Assembly: GCA_000996035.1 (NCBI GenBank)
Contig: LBYH01000002.1
Location: 8,979 to 72,978 of the forward strand
Length of the DNA stretch: 64,000 nucleotides
Reading direction: 5' to 3'
Source of the DNA: Parcubacteria group bacterium GW2011_GWA2_40_143
GTDB taxonomy: Bacteria > Patescibacteriota > Minisyncoccia > UBA9983
Shown here: piece by piece, positions 47,191 to 55,807 of the stretch
How positions within the stretch are numbered: the stretch's first letter is position 1
Layout of the letters: the number at the start of each line of letters is the position of its first letter
Made by a program: the position numbers and the translations under genes
Notes under the pieces: model-generated
What the model saw: the letters and a program-made list of their open reading frames with translations, nothing else
Told to the model about the DNA's origin: nothing
Databases searched by the model: none

Positions 47191-47469
47191 ATGGCGTGGA
47201 ACACAATATCTAATTATTTAGCCAAATTTTCAAATTTAAAACTCTCAAGAGATTTTTACAAAGAAGAGGTTGTGAAAACCGTGGAAGAAGTTATTGGTGT
47301 AACTTTAAAAAATGAAGATACTGAATACCGAAATGGAATAATATACATAAAAACAAGCAATCAAATGCTAAAAAACGAAGTTTTTATAAAAAAACGCCAA
47401 ATTATTGAAACCTTCGCAAAAAAACTAAACTTTCATAAAAACAAACCACAGGATGTAAGATTTGGGTGA
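47191..47469 (+). CDS. DUF721/DciA-like small protein downstream of dnaN
   Basis: 92 aa; synteny (dnaA-dnaN-DUF721) and size; 'GIIYIKTSNQMLKNEVFIKKRQIIETF' resembles the DUF721 C-terminal strand pattern. Confidence 0.3.
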   Translation: MAWNTISNYLAKFSNLKLSRDFYKEEVVKTVEEVIGVTLKNEDTEYRNGIIYIKTSNQMLKNEVFIKKRQIIETFAKKLNFHKNKPQDVRFG

Positions 47470-47611
47470 TGGATTATGTAAAAGTAAATATTTCACATAT
47501 AAGTAAATTTTTTTTGACAAAATAATCTGAGTATGTTACACTAACAGGTAGATTAAAAAGGGAAAGAGTTTCCCTAAATTGTTCTTTAATTTATTTTTTA
47601 AGGGGTGTAGA

Positions 47612-48028
47612 ATGAATATTTTAGTAGAAGTTAAACATAGAAGAATAAGGTATTTTCTTGAAATGAGGGTGTATGAATCATTAATTGAAGAAGTTAATGA
47701 AAAGTATTGTTTAAAATTAAAGAAAAATAAACGGTGCACAGAATGTGGGAGACCTTATTTATCAGATTTAGCGCCAATATTAGAGAGTAAAGACGGAATA
47801 GAAATAAATGACGAATTTTTTCCATTTTATAATATTTACGTTAAAAATAAAAAAACCTTAGACTTTTGCCATAATGAGATTATAGCAAAAGAAATTGAAG
47901 TCAGATTTTTTCAAGGAGATTTTTGTAAAAATATTTCTAAAGCTTTAAAGGAGTATTTCCTCATAGAATATTCACTCTGTGAGGAATGTTCAAAAGAAAA
48001 ACATAATCCAAATTCTTGGAATTATTAA
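47612..48028 (+). CDS. Hypothetical protein with two CxxC pairs (zinc-ribbon-like)
   Basis: Start assumed at 'MNILVEVKH' (RBS 'AAGGGGTG'); 'CTECGRP...CEECSKEKH'. Promoter TTGACA-17-TACACT at 47512-47540; terminator at 48034-48090. Confidence 0.4.
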   Translation: MNILVEVKHRRIRYFLEMRVYESLIEEVNEKYCLKLKKNKRCTECGRPYLSDLAPILESKDGIEINDEFFPFYNIYVKNKKTLDFCHNEIIAKEIEVRFFQGDFCKNISKALKEYFLIEYSLCEECSKEKHNPNSWNY

Positions 48029-48033
48029 TAAAT

Positions 48034-48090
48034 AAGGCAGAGATGATATTTTAGCGACAAAAGGCTAGTTATCATCTCTGCCTTTTGTTG
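48034..48090 (+). terminator. Intrinsic terminator (15-bp stem AAGGCAGAGATGATA / TATCATCTCTGCCTT + TTTTGTTG)
   Basis: Long perfect hairpin 6 nt after the stop of the zinc-ribbon ORF. Confidence 0.55.
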
Positions 48091-48155
48091 TATCTAATCT
48101 GAATAAAAACCCTATTAATCAAGCAGTATTTATGCTATTATATTAATAATAGTAA

Positions 48156-48386
48156 ATGAAAATTAAATTCAGACCAACGCTATTTTGGGATGTAAACCCC
48201 AAGAAAATAGATCCAAAAAAGAACGCTCAATATGTCATTGAGCGTATTGCCGATTTCGGTAACGATAAAGAGGCGCGCTGGGCATTAAATCATTATGACA
48301 AAAATTTATTGAGAAAGGCCATTGCTAAATCAAGATGCCTGCGACCTGAAACAAAAAAATTATGGACGCTTCTGATCAAAAAATAA
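48156..48386 (+). CDS. Small protein, putative partner (antitoxin-like) of the downstream nucleotidyltransferase-fold protein
   Basis: 76 aa; overlaps the next ORF by 25 nt (operon coupling). No family recognised. Confidence 0.3.
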   Translation: MKIKFRPTLFWDVNPKKIDPKKNAQYVIERIADFGNDKEARWALNHYDKNLLRKAIAKSRCLRPETKKLWTLLIKK

Positions 48387-48838
48387 ATCTGAAGAAAAAG
48401 CTTGCTTCTTATGGTTTAAACTGGCATTATGAAATTTTACCTCGCCAAACCAAGAAAGCCTTGATGTTTTTATCCGAGGAAAAATGGCTTAAAGAATCAA
48501 ACTGGTATCTTGCTGGCGGGACGGCGTTAGTGCTTCAAGCCAGAGACATCGCTGTTATGAAAATAACCGCCATCTCTCAAAGAGGAAGAAAGAGGGACTT
48601 TTTTGATCTCTACTGGTGCGCTAAAAACATAGAGCCATTAGAAGAAATTATCAAACGGCTTAAAGTCCAGTATCCGTCAGTGGCGCATGATTATCACCAT
48701 ATTTTAAAAAGTCTGGTCTATTTTGAAGACGCGGAAAGCGACCCTGAGCCGGAAATAAATTTTGACACAGGCTGGAAAAAGGTGAAAAATTTTTTCATTA
48801 AAGAAATACCGGAAATTGCGGATAAGATAATGAAGTAA
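48362..48838 (+). CDS. Nucleotidyltransferase-fold protein, AbiEii/DUF1814-like (short)
   Basis: 158 aa; 'WYLAGGTALVLQARD' resembles the AbiEii 'KGGTAL' motif; 'RKRDFFDLYW'. Confidence 0.35.
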   Translation: MDASDQKINLKKKLASYGLNWHYEILPRQTKKALMFLSEEKWLKESNWYLAGGTALVLQARDIAVMKITAISQRGRKRDFFDLYWCAKNIEPLEEIIKRLKVQYPSVAHDYHHILKSLVYFEDAESDPEPEINFDTGWKKVKNFFIKEIPEIADKIMK

Positions 48839-48842
48839 TTTT

Positions 48843-51368
48843 TTATTGAACGATATTGAGCCTTATGGACGCGGTCGCTTCTGATTTGTTTTTGTATTTA
48901 TCGTAAGCGACTATTTTTACTTGAGAGTCGTTTATGGCACGGCCGGTTTCGTTTGGGATAAAAGAAAAATTGAAGGGAGCCTTTATGGATGAGCCCACAT
49001 AAATATTATTGAAGAAGTAATCAACCTGACCGATTTCAAACTTAGATGTTATGTTGGCGGAAATATCCATAACCATATTTGAATTATAAATAATTTCATT
49101 TTTAGGACTTAATATCTGAATTTTAGGCGCGTATTCAGGTTTATGAATATCATCTTTTTCTTTAGGTAAATCTTCCGGCGATTGGTCTTTTAAATTACGT
49201 TCTTCAGCCCATTTTTTTACCGCCGCTTCCCAGTTTTCGTATTGGGAATCGTTTTCCGGATGTTCAGGAAACGGACCGTCCGGATTTTCTTTATCCACCC
49301 AGCTTAAAATAGACCTTACTTCTATGATAGGTTTCTCTATTATCAATTCCGGCGGGGTGTATTCCGTGGCTAATTTGCCGGAGGCGCTATCCACTTGATA
49401 AGTTCTGCTGCCAAGCCATTCTCCTTTAAGCACCGGTTTTTTTGTTTCTTTTTTCTTTGGTCTTTCAAAGTCTTCTTTCGGTAAATTTTTTAACATGTCG
49501 TTCATAAACTCGTTCCACATAGGAGCCACTATGAAGCCGGCGGTTTCCTTTACCATTGGCGTATTATCATTATTACCAACCCATGATCCCACCACTATAT
49601 TGGGCGTGTAACCTACAATCCACGCGTCTCTTGAATTATTGGTTGTACCGGTTTTGGCGGCCACTTGGAAGCCGTCAAAATAGAGAGGAGATCTTGATCC
49701 GAATGCCGGCGCGCGCAAGTCGTTGTCTGAGAGTATGTCCGTAACTGTTAAGGCTATGTTTTTATCCAAAACTTGCTTAGCTTCACTTTTATACTCTTCC
49801 AATATGTTGCCGTTTTTATCTTCTATCTTAAGAATCATGGTGGTCGGATTCCTTAAGCCGTTATTTGCAAGCGTGGCGTAAGCTCCAGTAAGTTCCAAGA
49901 GACTCACTTCGCCGCCGCCAAGCACGAGAGTAAGGCCGTAGCGATTAGGGTCGTTTAAAGTGGTGATGCCTACATTTTTTATTGTTTTGAGAGAATCCAT
50001 GATACCTGCCAGATATAGTGTTTTTACTGAAGGCACGTTAAGAGATTCCGCCAAAGAACTTTTGAGGCTTATCGGCCCTCTGAATTTATCGTCATAATTG
50101 CCGGGCATGTAGCACTTGTCCGCTTCCATTTTTATTCCTTCTTTCGGCACTCCTTCCGGCGCGCAGCTTGGATTAAACTCCGTTTGCAAATCAAAAACGA
50201 CGGTTTCCGGCGTGTAACCTTTTTCAAAAGCGGTGGCATAGATGAAAGGCTTGATGGCGGATCCCGGTTGGCGCTGAGCTATTGCCACGTTGTAATTACC
50301 ATCTTCTTCTTTGTCAAAATAATCTTTAGAGCCGACCATTACCAAGAGCTGTCCGGTCTTGGGATCTATGGCCACCATGGCGCCATTTGTAGCGCTAAAC
50401 TTTTCTTTGTTTTCCTTTGTGTATCTGGCCACAAGATCCTCGGCTTTTTCTTGTAATGGATAATCAAGTGTCGTGATTACTTTAAGGCCGCCTTGTTCCA
50501 CCACGTCTTGGCCGTATTTTTCTTCCAAGTATGATCTTATTAAAATGGAAAAATGAGGAGCCTTTATGGAATTATTGCCCTTTTGAAGAAAATTCACTTC
50601 TTCTTTTTTGGCTTCATCGGCTTCTTTTTGGGCAATGAAGTTTAAACTAACCATTCTGTCTAAAACAATATTTTTCCTCGCCTCCAATTTATCCAAGTGA
50701 TTGCCGTAAGGGGAGTAGTAGGTGGGAGCCTTTGGTAAGCTGGCAAGATAAGCAGCTTCTGCCAAAGAAATATCTTCGGCGGTTTTACCGAAGAAATTTT
50801 TGCTGGCCGCTTCTATGCCATAATTGCTGCCACCGTAAGGTATTTCATTTAGATACAATTCAAGAATCCGATCTTTACTTAAAGATTTTTCCAGTTTTAA
50901 GGTTAAAATTATTTCTTTTATTTTTCTGGCGAAAGTCTTGTCCGTGGTGAGGAAGGTGTTTTTTACAAGCTGCTGACTTATGGTGGATCCGCCTTGGGTA
51001 AGGTCGCCGGATTTGATATTTACCAAAAGCGCCCTAAACATGCCAGTCGGGTCTATGCCTTTATGTTGGTAGAAAGCGGAGTCTTCTATGGCCACGGTGG
51101 CGTTTTTGATGTGCCTTGAGATGTCTTCTTTTGATACCACTGTCCTTTGCACGTCTTCGTGCACGTCCCATAAAACTATCTCGCCCGAGCGGTCATATAT
51201 TTTGGTTGATTGGATAATTTTTCTGTCTCCCAATGAGCCGGTGTCCGGAAGCTTTAGCGTGCTCATCCAAAAAATGATAATTCCGGCGCCTATGAAGATG
51301 CCAGCTACAAAAAGGGATATGAAGATGGAGATAATCCTTAGAATTTTGTGCTTTGTCTTTGTGGCCAT
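48843..51368 (-). CDS. Class A penicillin-binding protein (glycosyltransferase GT51 + transpeptidase) with a C-terminal extension
   Basis: 841 aa; 'ATVAIEDSAFYQHKGIDPTG', 'GGSTISQQLVKN', transpeptidase 'SAIKPF', 'KTGTT'. Confidence 0.9.
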   Translation of the reverse strand: MATKTKHKILRIISIFISLFVAGIFIGAGIIIFWMSTLKLPDTGSLGDRKIIQSTKIYDRSGEIVLWDVHEDVQRTVVSKEDISRHIKNATVAIEDSAFYQHKGIDPTGMFRALLVNIKSGDLTQGGSTISQQLVKNTFLTTDKTFARKIKEIILTLKLEKSLSKDRILELYLNEIPYGGSNYGIEAASKNFFGKTAEDISLAEAAYLASLPKAPTYYSPYGNHLDKLEARKNIVLDRMVSLNFIAQKEADEAKKEEVNFLQKGNNSIKAPHFSILIRSYLEEKYGQDVVEQGGLKVITTLDYPLQEKAEDLVARYTKENKEKFSATNGAMVAIDPKTGQLLVMVGSKDYFDKEEDGNYNVAIAQRQPGSAIKPFIYATAFEKGYTPETVVFDLQTEFNPSCAPEGVPKEGIKMEADKCYMPGNYDDKFRGPISLKSSLAESLNVPSVKTLYLAGIMDSLKTIKNVGITTLNDPNRYGLTLVLGGGEVSLLELTGAYATLANNGLRNPTTMILKIEDKNGNILEEYKSEAKQVLDKNIALTVTDILSDNDLRAPAFGSRSPLYFDGFQVAAKTGTTNNSRDAWIVGYTPNIVVGSWVGNNDNTPMVKETAGFIVAPMWNEFMNDMLKNLPKEDFERPKKKETKKPVLKGEWLGSRTYQVDSASGKLATEYTPPELIIEKPIIEVRSILSWVDKENPDGPFPEHPENDSQYENWEAAVKKWAEERNLKDQSPEDLPKEKDDIHKPEYAPKIQILSPKNEIIYNSNMVMDISANITSKFEIGQVDYFFNNIYVGSSIKAPFNFSFIPNETGRAINDSQVKIVAYDKYKNKSEATASIRLNIVQ

Positions 51369-51411
51369 TTGATAAGAACATATTAACCGCCAAAGGGAGT
51401 TTTGTCTATAG

Positions 51412-51454
51412 AAAAAGCCGTGATGGCCAAATGGGCGCCACGGCTTTTTCTTTT
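51412..51454 (-). terminator. Bidirectional intrinsic terminator (AAAAAGCCGTG...CACGGCTTTTT)
   Basis: 7-bp GC stem with A5/T5 flanks, about 30 nt downstream of the acidic mini-ORF. Confidence 0.5.
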
Positions 51455-51483
51455 AAAAATTTTTATCGTAAATGCGTCTAAAA

Positions 51484-51588
51484 TTATTCACTGTCGCTGT
51501 CTGTATCCAAATCCATGTCATCATCCTCATCCATTACATCTTCGTCATCGCTCAATGTGAGCAAATCATCATGAAGTAAATCTTCCAT
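51484..51588 (-). CDS. 34-aa hyper-acidic peptide (MEDLLHDDLLTLSDDEDVMDEDDDMDLDTDSDSE)
   Basis: 35 codons between the pbp1A promoter region and ruvC; followed by its own terminator; a DnaA-box-like motif lies about 155 nt upstream. Confidence 0.25.
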   Translation of the reverse strand: MEDLLHDDLLTLSDDEDVMDEDDDMDLDTDSDSE

Positions 51589-51755
51589 TTTTTTGTTTTA
51601 TCGCTTCGCCTTTTCCGCTACGCGGCAGTGGCAAATAGCGAATGCTTATAAAAAATAACCGACCTGATAATTTCCCGTTTTCGGCGGGACTTTTATATAT
51701 TTAGCAGAAAGAAAAAAATTTGTCCAGAGGTTATTATTAGGGTGTGGATAAACTC

Positions 51756-52229
51756 CTAATTCAAGCTTCTGGTGGGGCAGGCGATAGCCGCCGCGATGGC
51801 GTCTATTTCATCATCTATTTTTTGGGAAATATCTATTTTTAAAATAGCGGCAACCATTTTTTGCACCTGGAATTTTTCCGCTTTGCCGTATCCGGTCAAG
51901 GCCATTTTAATTTCCAAGGGAGTAAGTTCCACGACTCTTAGGCCGTATTTTGCCGCCACATACAAAGCTGTTCCGCGAGCCTCGGAAACTTTTATGGCTG
52001 TTTTTTGGTTTGTGGTAAAAAATAATTTTTCAATAGCCATTACATCCGGTTTGTGCTTTAGTGCGGCGTTCTCTATACTTTTGCCTATTTGAAGCAATCT
52101 TTTTTCATGAGAGTCTTTTCTGTTTGTTTTAACGCACTCGGAACAAAGGAGAGTTTCTTTGCCGTTGTTTTTTTCTAAAACAGCCAAGCCCATTCTATCG
52201 TAACCGGGGTCTATGCCGAGAATTATCAT
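51756..52229 (-). CDS. ruvC: Holliday junction resolvase RuvC
   Basis: 157 aa; 'IILGIDPGYDRMGLAVL', 'AIEKLFF', 'EIDAIAAAIA'. Confidence 0.9.
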   Translation of the reverse strand: MIILGIDPGYDRMGLAVLEKNNGKETLLCSECVKTNRKDSHEKRLLQIGKSIENAALKHKPDVMAIEKLFFTTNQKTAIKVSEARGTALYVAAKYGLRVVELTPLEIKMALTGYGKAEKFQVQKMVAAILKIDISQKIDDEIDAIAAAIACPTRSLN

Positions 52230-52232
52230 TAT

Positions 52233-52766
52233 TTATTTTGCGTTGGTAAAAACTTCCTGCGTATCATCATGCTCTTCCAGCGCCTCTGTGAGCGCGGATA
52301 AGAGTTCTTTGTCTTGTTCGCTTATCTCCACTTCCGTTACCGGTTTTGGTTTGCCGTCTGTAAAATTGAACGCCCAAAGCACGGATCCTTGCTGTGCGAA
52401 TTTGCCGCCATTTTGAGAGAGTAGGTGTTTGATTTCTGAAACCGTTCTGTTTGTATTGTCTGTAATAGAGTCTATTATAATCGCCGCGCCACCATGACCA
52501 TAAGCTTCATAGCGAACACTTTCCAACGCCGCGCCGCCAAGCTTACCGCTGCCTTTATCTATTGCTCTTTGGATGTTGTCCATGGGCATGTTCTCAGCCT
52601 TGGCTTTATCCACTACAGTTCTCAGGTCTGGATTCATACTTAAATCAGCCCCTTTTCTCGCCGCCAAAGATATTAGCTTTGAATATTTTGAGAAAACTTT
52701 GCTTTTTTTAATGTCGTTTACTCCTTTTTGACGCTTAATCTGCGCCCATTTGCTATGTCCTGCCAT
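52233..52766 (-). CDS. yebC: YebC/PmpR-family transcriptional regulator (short form; start at 'MAGHSKWAQIKRQK')
   Basis: 'AGHSKWAQIKRQKG' hallmark. The track ORF has a 15-aa hydrophobic N-terminal extension, probably untranslated. Confidence 0.85.
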   Translation of the reverse strand: MAGHSKWAQIKRQKGVNDIKKSKVFSKYSKLISLAARKGADLSMNPDLRTVVDKAKAENMPMDNIQRAIDKGSGKLGGAALESVRYEAYGHGGAAIIIDSITDNTNRTVSEIKHLLSQNGGKFAQQGSVLWAFNFTDGKPKPVTEVEISEQDKELLSALTEALEEHDDTQEVFTNAK

Positions 52767-52830
52767 AGAGATAGAATATATAATTAAAAGAACAGAATCA
52801 AGGATACTCACGAAGACTTGTTTTTTGTAA

Positions 52831-53850
52831 CTACAACAAACCCTCTTGTTTCGGCTTTTTGCCTAAGTGTTCGTATGCGCGAGGAGTGGCCACACGGCCG
52901 CGAGGCGTGCGGTCTATGAAGCCGAGTTGAAGAAGGTAAGGCTCATATACTTCTTCTATGGTAGCCTCTTCTTCCGAGGACGCGGCCGCGAGAGTCTGAA
53001 CGCCTACCGGCCCGCCGCCGAATTTTTCTATAAGTATCTCAAGCATGCGTCTGTCGTGAGGGTTAAGGCCCACGCTGTCTATTTCCATCATGCTTAAGGC
53101 TTGCTCAACTGAGTTAAGATCAAGTTCTTTTTGACCGTGCACTTGAGCGAAGTCTCTACATCTTTTCAAAAAATGATTGGCTATTCTGGGGGTGAAGCGG
53201 CTTCTTTTGGCAATCTCAGTGGCGGCATCGCTCGCGATATTCATACCCAGAATATTGGCCGAACGTATAATAATGTTTTTTGTTTCCTCGGGAGTGTAGA
53301 ATTCAAGGCGAAAGGTACCGCCGGAAAAGCGAGATCGGAGAGGGGAAGAGAGTAAAGCTATTCTTGTCGTGGCGGATATGAGTGTAAAAGGAGGCAACTC
53401 AAGTTGGATGCTGCGCGCCGACGGACCTTTGCCGATTATAATATCCAAAACGCGCGACTCCATGGCCGGGTATAAAACTTCTTCAATATTTTTGTTTAAG
53501 CGATGAATCTCGTCTATAAAAAGAATATCACCCGGAGAAAGATTGGTGAGAATGGAAGCTAAGTCACCCACTTTGTCTATCGCTGGGCCGGAAGTGATTT
53601 TTATTTGCGCGCCAAGCTCCTTGGCGATAAGATGAGCGAGTGTTGTTTTGCCCAAACCGGGTGGTCCATAGAAAAGAAGATGTTCTATCGGCTCTTTTCT
53701 CTCAGAAGCGGCTTGGATAAGTATCCGAAGATTCTTTTTTATGTGCTCTTGGCCGATATATTCCGCCCATTTTTGCGGGCGTAGAGCTTGGTCAAGCGAT
53801 TTGTCGGCGAATTGGCCGCTTTTAGGCGCGGCTTTATCAGGGCTTGACAT
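52831..53850 (-). CDS. ruvB: Holliday junction branch-migration helicase RuvB
   Basis: 339 aa; 'HLLFYGPPGLGKTTLAHLIAKELG', 'ILFIDEIHRL', sensor and winged-helix C-terminus. Confidence 0.9.
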   Translation of the reverse strand: MSSPDKAAPKSGQFADKSLDQALRPQKWAEYIGQEHIKKNLRILIQAASERKEPIEHLLFYGPPGLGKTTLAHLIAKELGAQIKITSGPAIDKVGDLASILTNLSPGDILFIDEIHRLNKNIEEVLYPAMESRVLDIIIGKGPSARSIQLELPPFTLISATTRIALLSSPLRSRFSGGTFRLEFYTPEETKNIIIRSANILGMNIASDAATEIAKRSRFTPRIANHFLKRCRDFAQVHGQKELDLNSVEQALSMMEIDSVGLNPHDRRMLEILIEKFGGGPVGVQTLAAASSEEEATIEEVYEPYLLQLGFIDRTPRGRVATPRAYEHLGKKPKQEGLL

Positions 53851-53920
53851 TTTGATATTTATTTGCTATATTATTAACGAAATATAATTTTTTAATAATT
53901 TTCCCGATTAGTTTGATTTT

Positions 53921-54093
53921 AATCGGTCGCGTAATTCTCTAAGCAACATCCCGCTTTTGCGGGATATCGGAGTTCTTTCTAAGGACGTTCTGGTGTCTCG
54001 CTTTTGTGATATTCCTGGGGCTATCCTCGGAATGTTCTCTAAACTTTTGGTACCCATATTAAAAGAGTTGCTTAGAGAATTACGCGGCCGATT
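53921..54093. repeat. 173-bp element bounded by 27-bp inverted repeats (26/27 match), candidate MITE or structured ncRNA
   Basis: AATCGGTCGCGTAATTCTCTAAGCAAC at 53921-47 and its reverse complement at 54067-93; 119-bp core containing the ATCCCGC-TTTT-GCGGGAT hairpin. Confidence 0.4.
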
Positions 54094-54108
54094 TTATTTT
54101 TAAAGTTT

Positions 54109-55782
54109 TCAAATACTTACCACTCTTTCCAATTCTTCAAGCGACGTGATTCCCGAAAGCACTTTCATTATACCATCTTGACTCATATTGAGAATATCTT
54201 GCTCCTTGGCTCCTTCCAATATGGCGGTTTCGCTCGGACTGCTTAAAATTAATTTTTCTATTTTGTCGTCTATTAGTATGGCTTCATAAATACCGATTCT
54301 TCCTTTATAACCTATGCCATTGCATTTGTTGCAGCCGGTTGGTTTCCATATCATAATTTTTTCTTTGGCCGGCTTTTCTCTGTTTGATGGAAGGGAGTTT
54401 AAAACTTTCTCTATCTTCGTAATTTCTTCTTCATTTGGCGCGTGTTTCGTTTTGCAGTCATTGCACAATTTTCTTACGAGTCTTTGAGCCATGGCTATAT
54501 TTATAGCCGGCGCTATGATATTGGGATTTACTCCAAGATCTATAAGGCGGGGGATGGTGCCGGCGGCGTGATTGGTGTGGAGGGTGGAAAGCACCATGTG
54601 GCCAGTGAGAGCGGCATTTAGAGCGGTATCGGCCGTTTCAAAGTCTCTGATCTCACCCACCATTATTATGTCTGGGTCTTGTCTTAAAATAGATCTGAGT
54701 CCATCCGCGAAATCATAACCTGCCGATTTTTTAATCTGAGTCTGCACGATGCCTTTAAGGTGATATTCAATCGGATCTTCCAGTGTAACAATCTTTGAGC
54801 TGGAATTTTTTACTTTGCTCAAGAAAGCGTAGAGCGTGGTGGTTTTTCCGCTGCCGGTCGGGCCGGTAGTGAGAATCATGCCGTTTGGCTTTCCCAATTC
54901 TTTCGTCACTATTTGCTGGAGTTTTTCTTCCATGCCAAGCTGGCTGAAGTCCACGGCGATTGATTCCGGATTCAAAATTCTTAGCACGATAGATTCGCCG
55001 TAAGCTTCGGGGATGACAGAGGCGCGCACCTCCACATCGGTATTGCGAGTTTTGATACTGAATCTTCCGTCTTGCGGACTATCTTTGATGTTGAGCTTGA
55101 GGCCGGAGATAAGTTTGACGCGAGATAAAAGAAGGTTGTAAATTTTATATTCAATCTCATAAATATCATGCAATACGCCATCCAACCTGAAACGCAATCT
55201 TACCTTTTCTTCTTGTGGCTCAAGATGTATGTCGGACGCGTCAAAACTAATTGCTCCAGCCAATATTATTTCCAATATTTCAGAGATTTTTCTGTTATTT
55301 GATGAAGCGTCCGCGATGGAAGCAAAAAGCCCCTGAAGCTCTTCTATAGCATTTGTTTCTTGGATGAATTTTTCCAGTTTGTCTTGAGAAACTTCTATTA
55401 TGCCAGCGGTAGTCTCCATATACTCCGGCACTTCTTTGTATAATTTCCACGCCCGCTTTAAACTTTCTTCCGACACGATGTACAGACTTAACGCGTAACC
55501 TTGTTTTCCTAAATTTTCTATGATGAACTTTGTTTTTTCCGGATTAGGGCTTTCTATGGCTACTTGCAGCTTTTTGCCAGTCTTTTGGAAAACGACGAGC
55601 TTGCCTTCAAGAGCATCTTTTTCAGGCACTATTTTAATGGCATCTATTTCCACGGTCATTCTGGAAAGATCAAGATAGGGAAGAGAGTATCTTTGAGAAA
55701 GAATCATTGCGAGATCTTCCGCTTCTTTTTTTCTGATCCCGTCCACTTGCTCTTCTCTTTCTTTGTCTTTAAAAAATACCAT
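54109..55782 (-). CDS. pilB: Type II/IV secretion ATPase GspE/PilB family (type IV pilus assembly ATPase)
   Basis: 557 aa; 'ILTTGPTGSGKTTTLYAFL', 'IMVGEIRD', tetracysteine 'CNDCK...GCNKCNGIGYKGRIGIYE'. Confidence 0.85.
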   Translation of the reverse strand: MVFFKDKEREEQVDGIRKKEAEDLAMILSQRYSLPYLDLSRMTVEIDAIKIVPEKDALEGKLVVFQKTGKKLQVAIESPNPEKTKFIIENLGKQGYALSLYIVSEESLKRAWKLYKEVPEYMETTAGIIEVSQDKLEKFIQETNAIEELQGLFASIADASSNNRKISEILEIILAGAISFDASDIHLEPQEEKVRLRFRLDGVLHDIYEIEYKIYNLLLSRVKLISGLKLNIKDSPQDGRFSIKTRNTDVEVRASVIPEAYGESIVLRILNPESIAVDFSQLGMEEKLQQIVTKELGKPNGMILTTGPTGSGKTTTLYAFLSKVKNSSSKIVTLEDPIEYHLKGIVQTQIKKSAGYDFADGLRSILRQDPDIIMVGEIRDFETADTALNAALTGHMVLSTLHTNHAAGTIPRLIDLGVNPNIIAPAINIAMAQRLVRKLCNDCKTKHAPNEEEITKIEKVLNSLPSNREKPAKEKIMIWKPTGCNKCNGIGYKGRIGIYEAILIDDKIEKLILSSPSETAILEGAKEQDILNMSQDGIMKVLSGITSLEELERVVSI

Positions 55783-55807
55783 TGTTGTTTATTGTTATTT
55801 TATCTTT

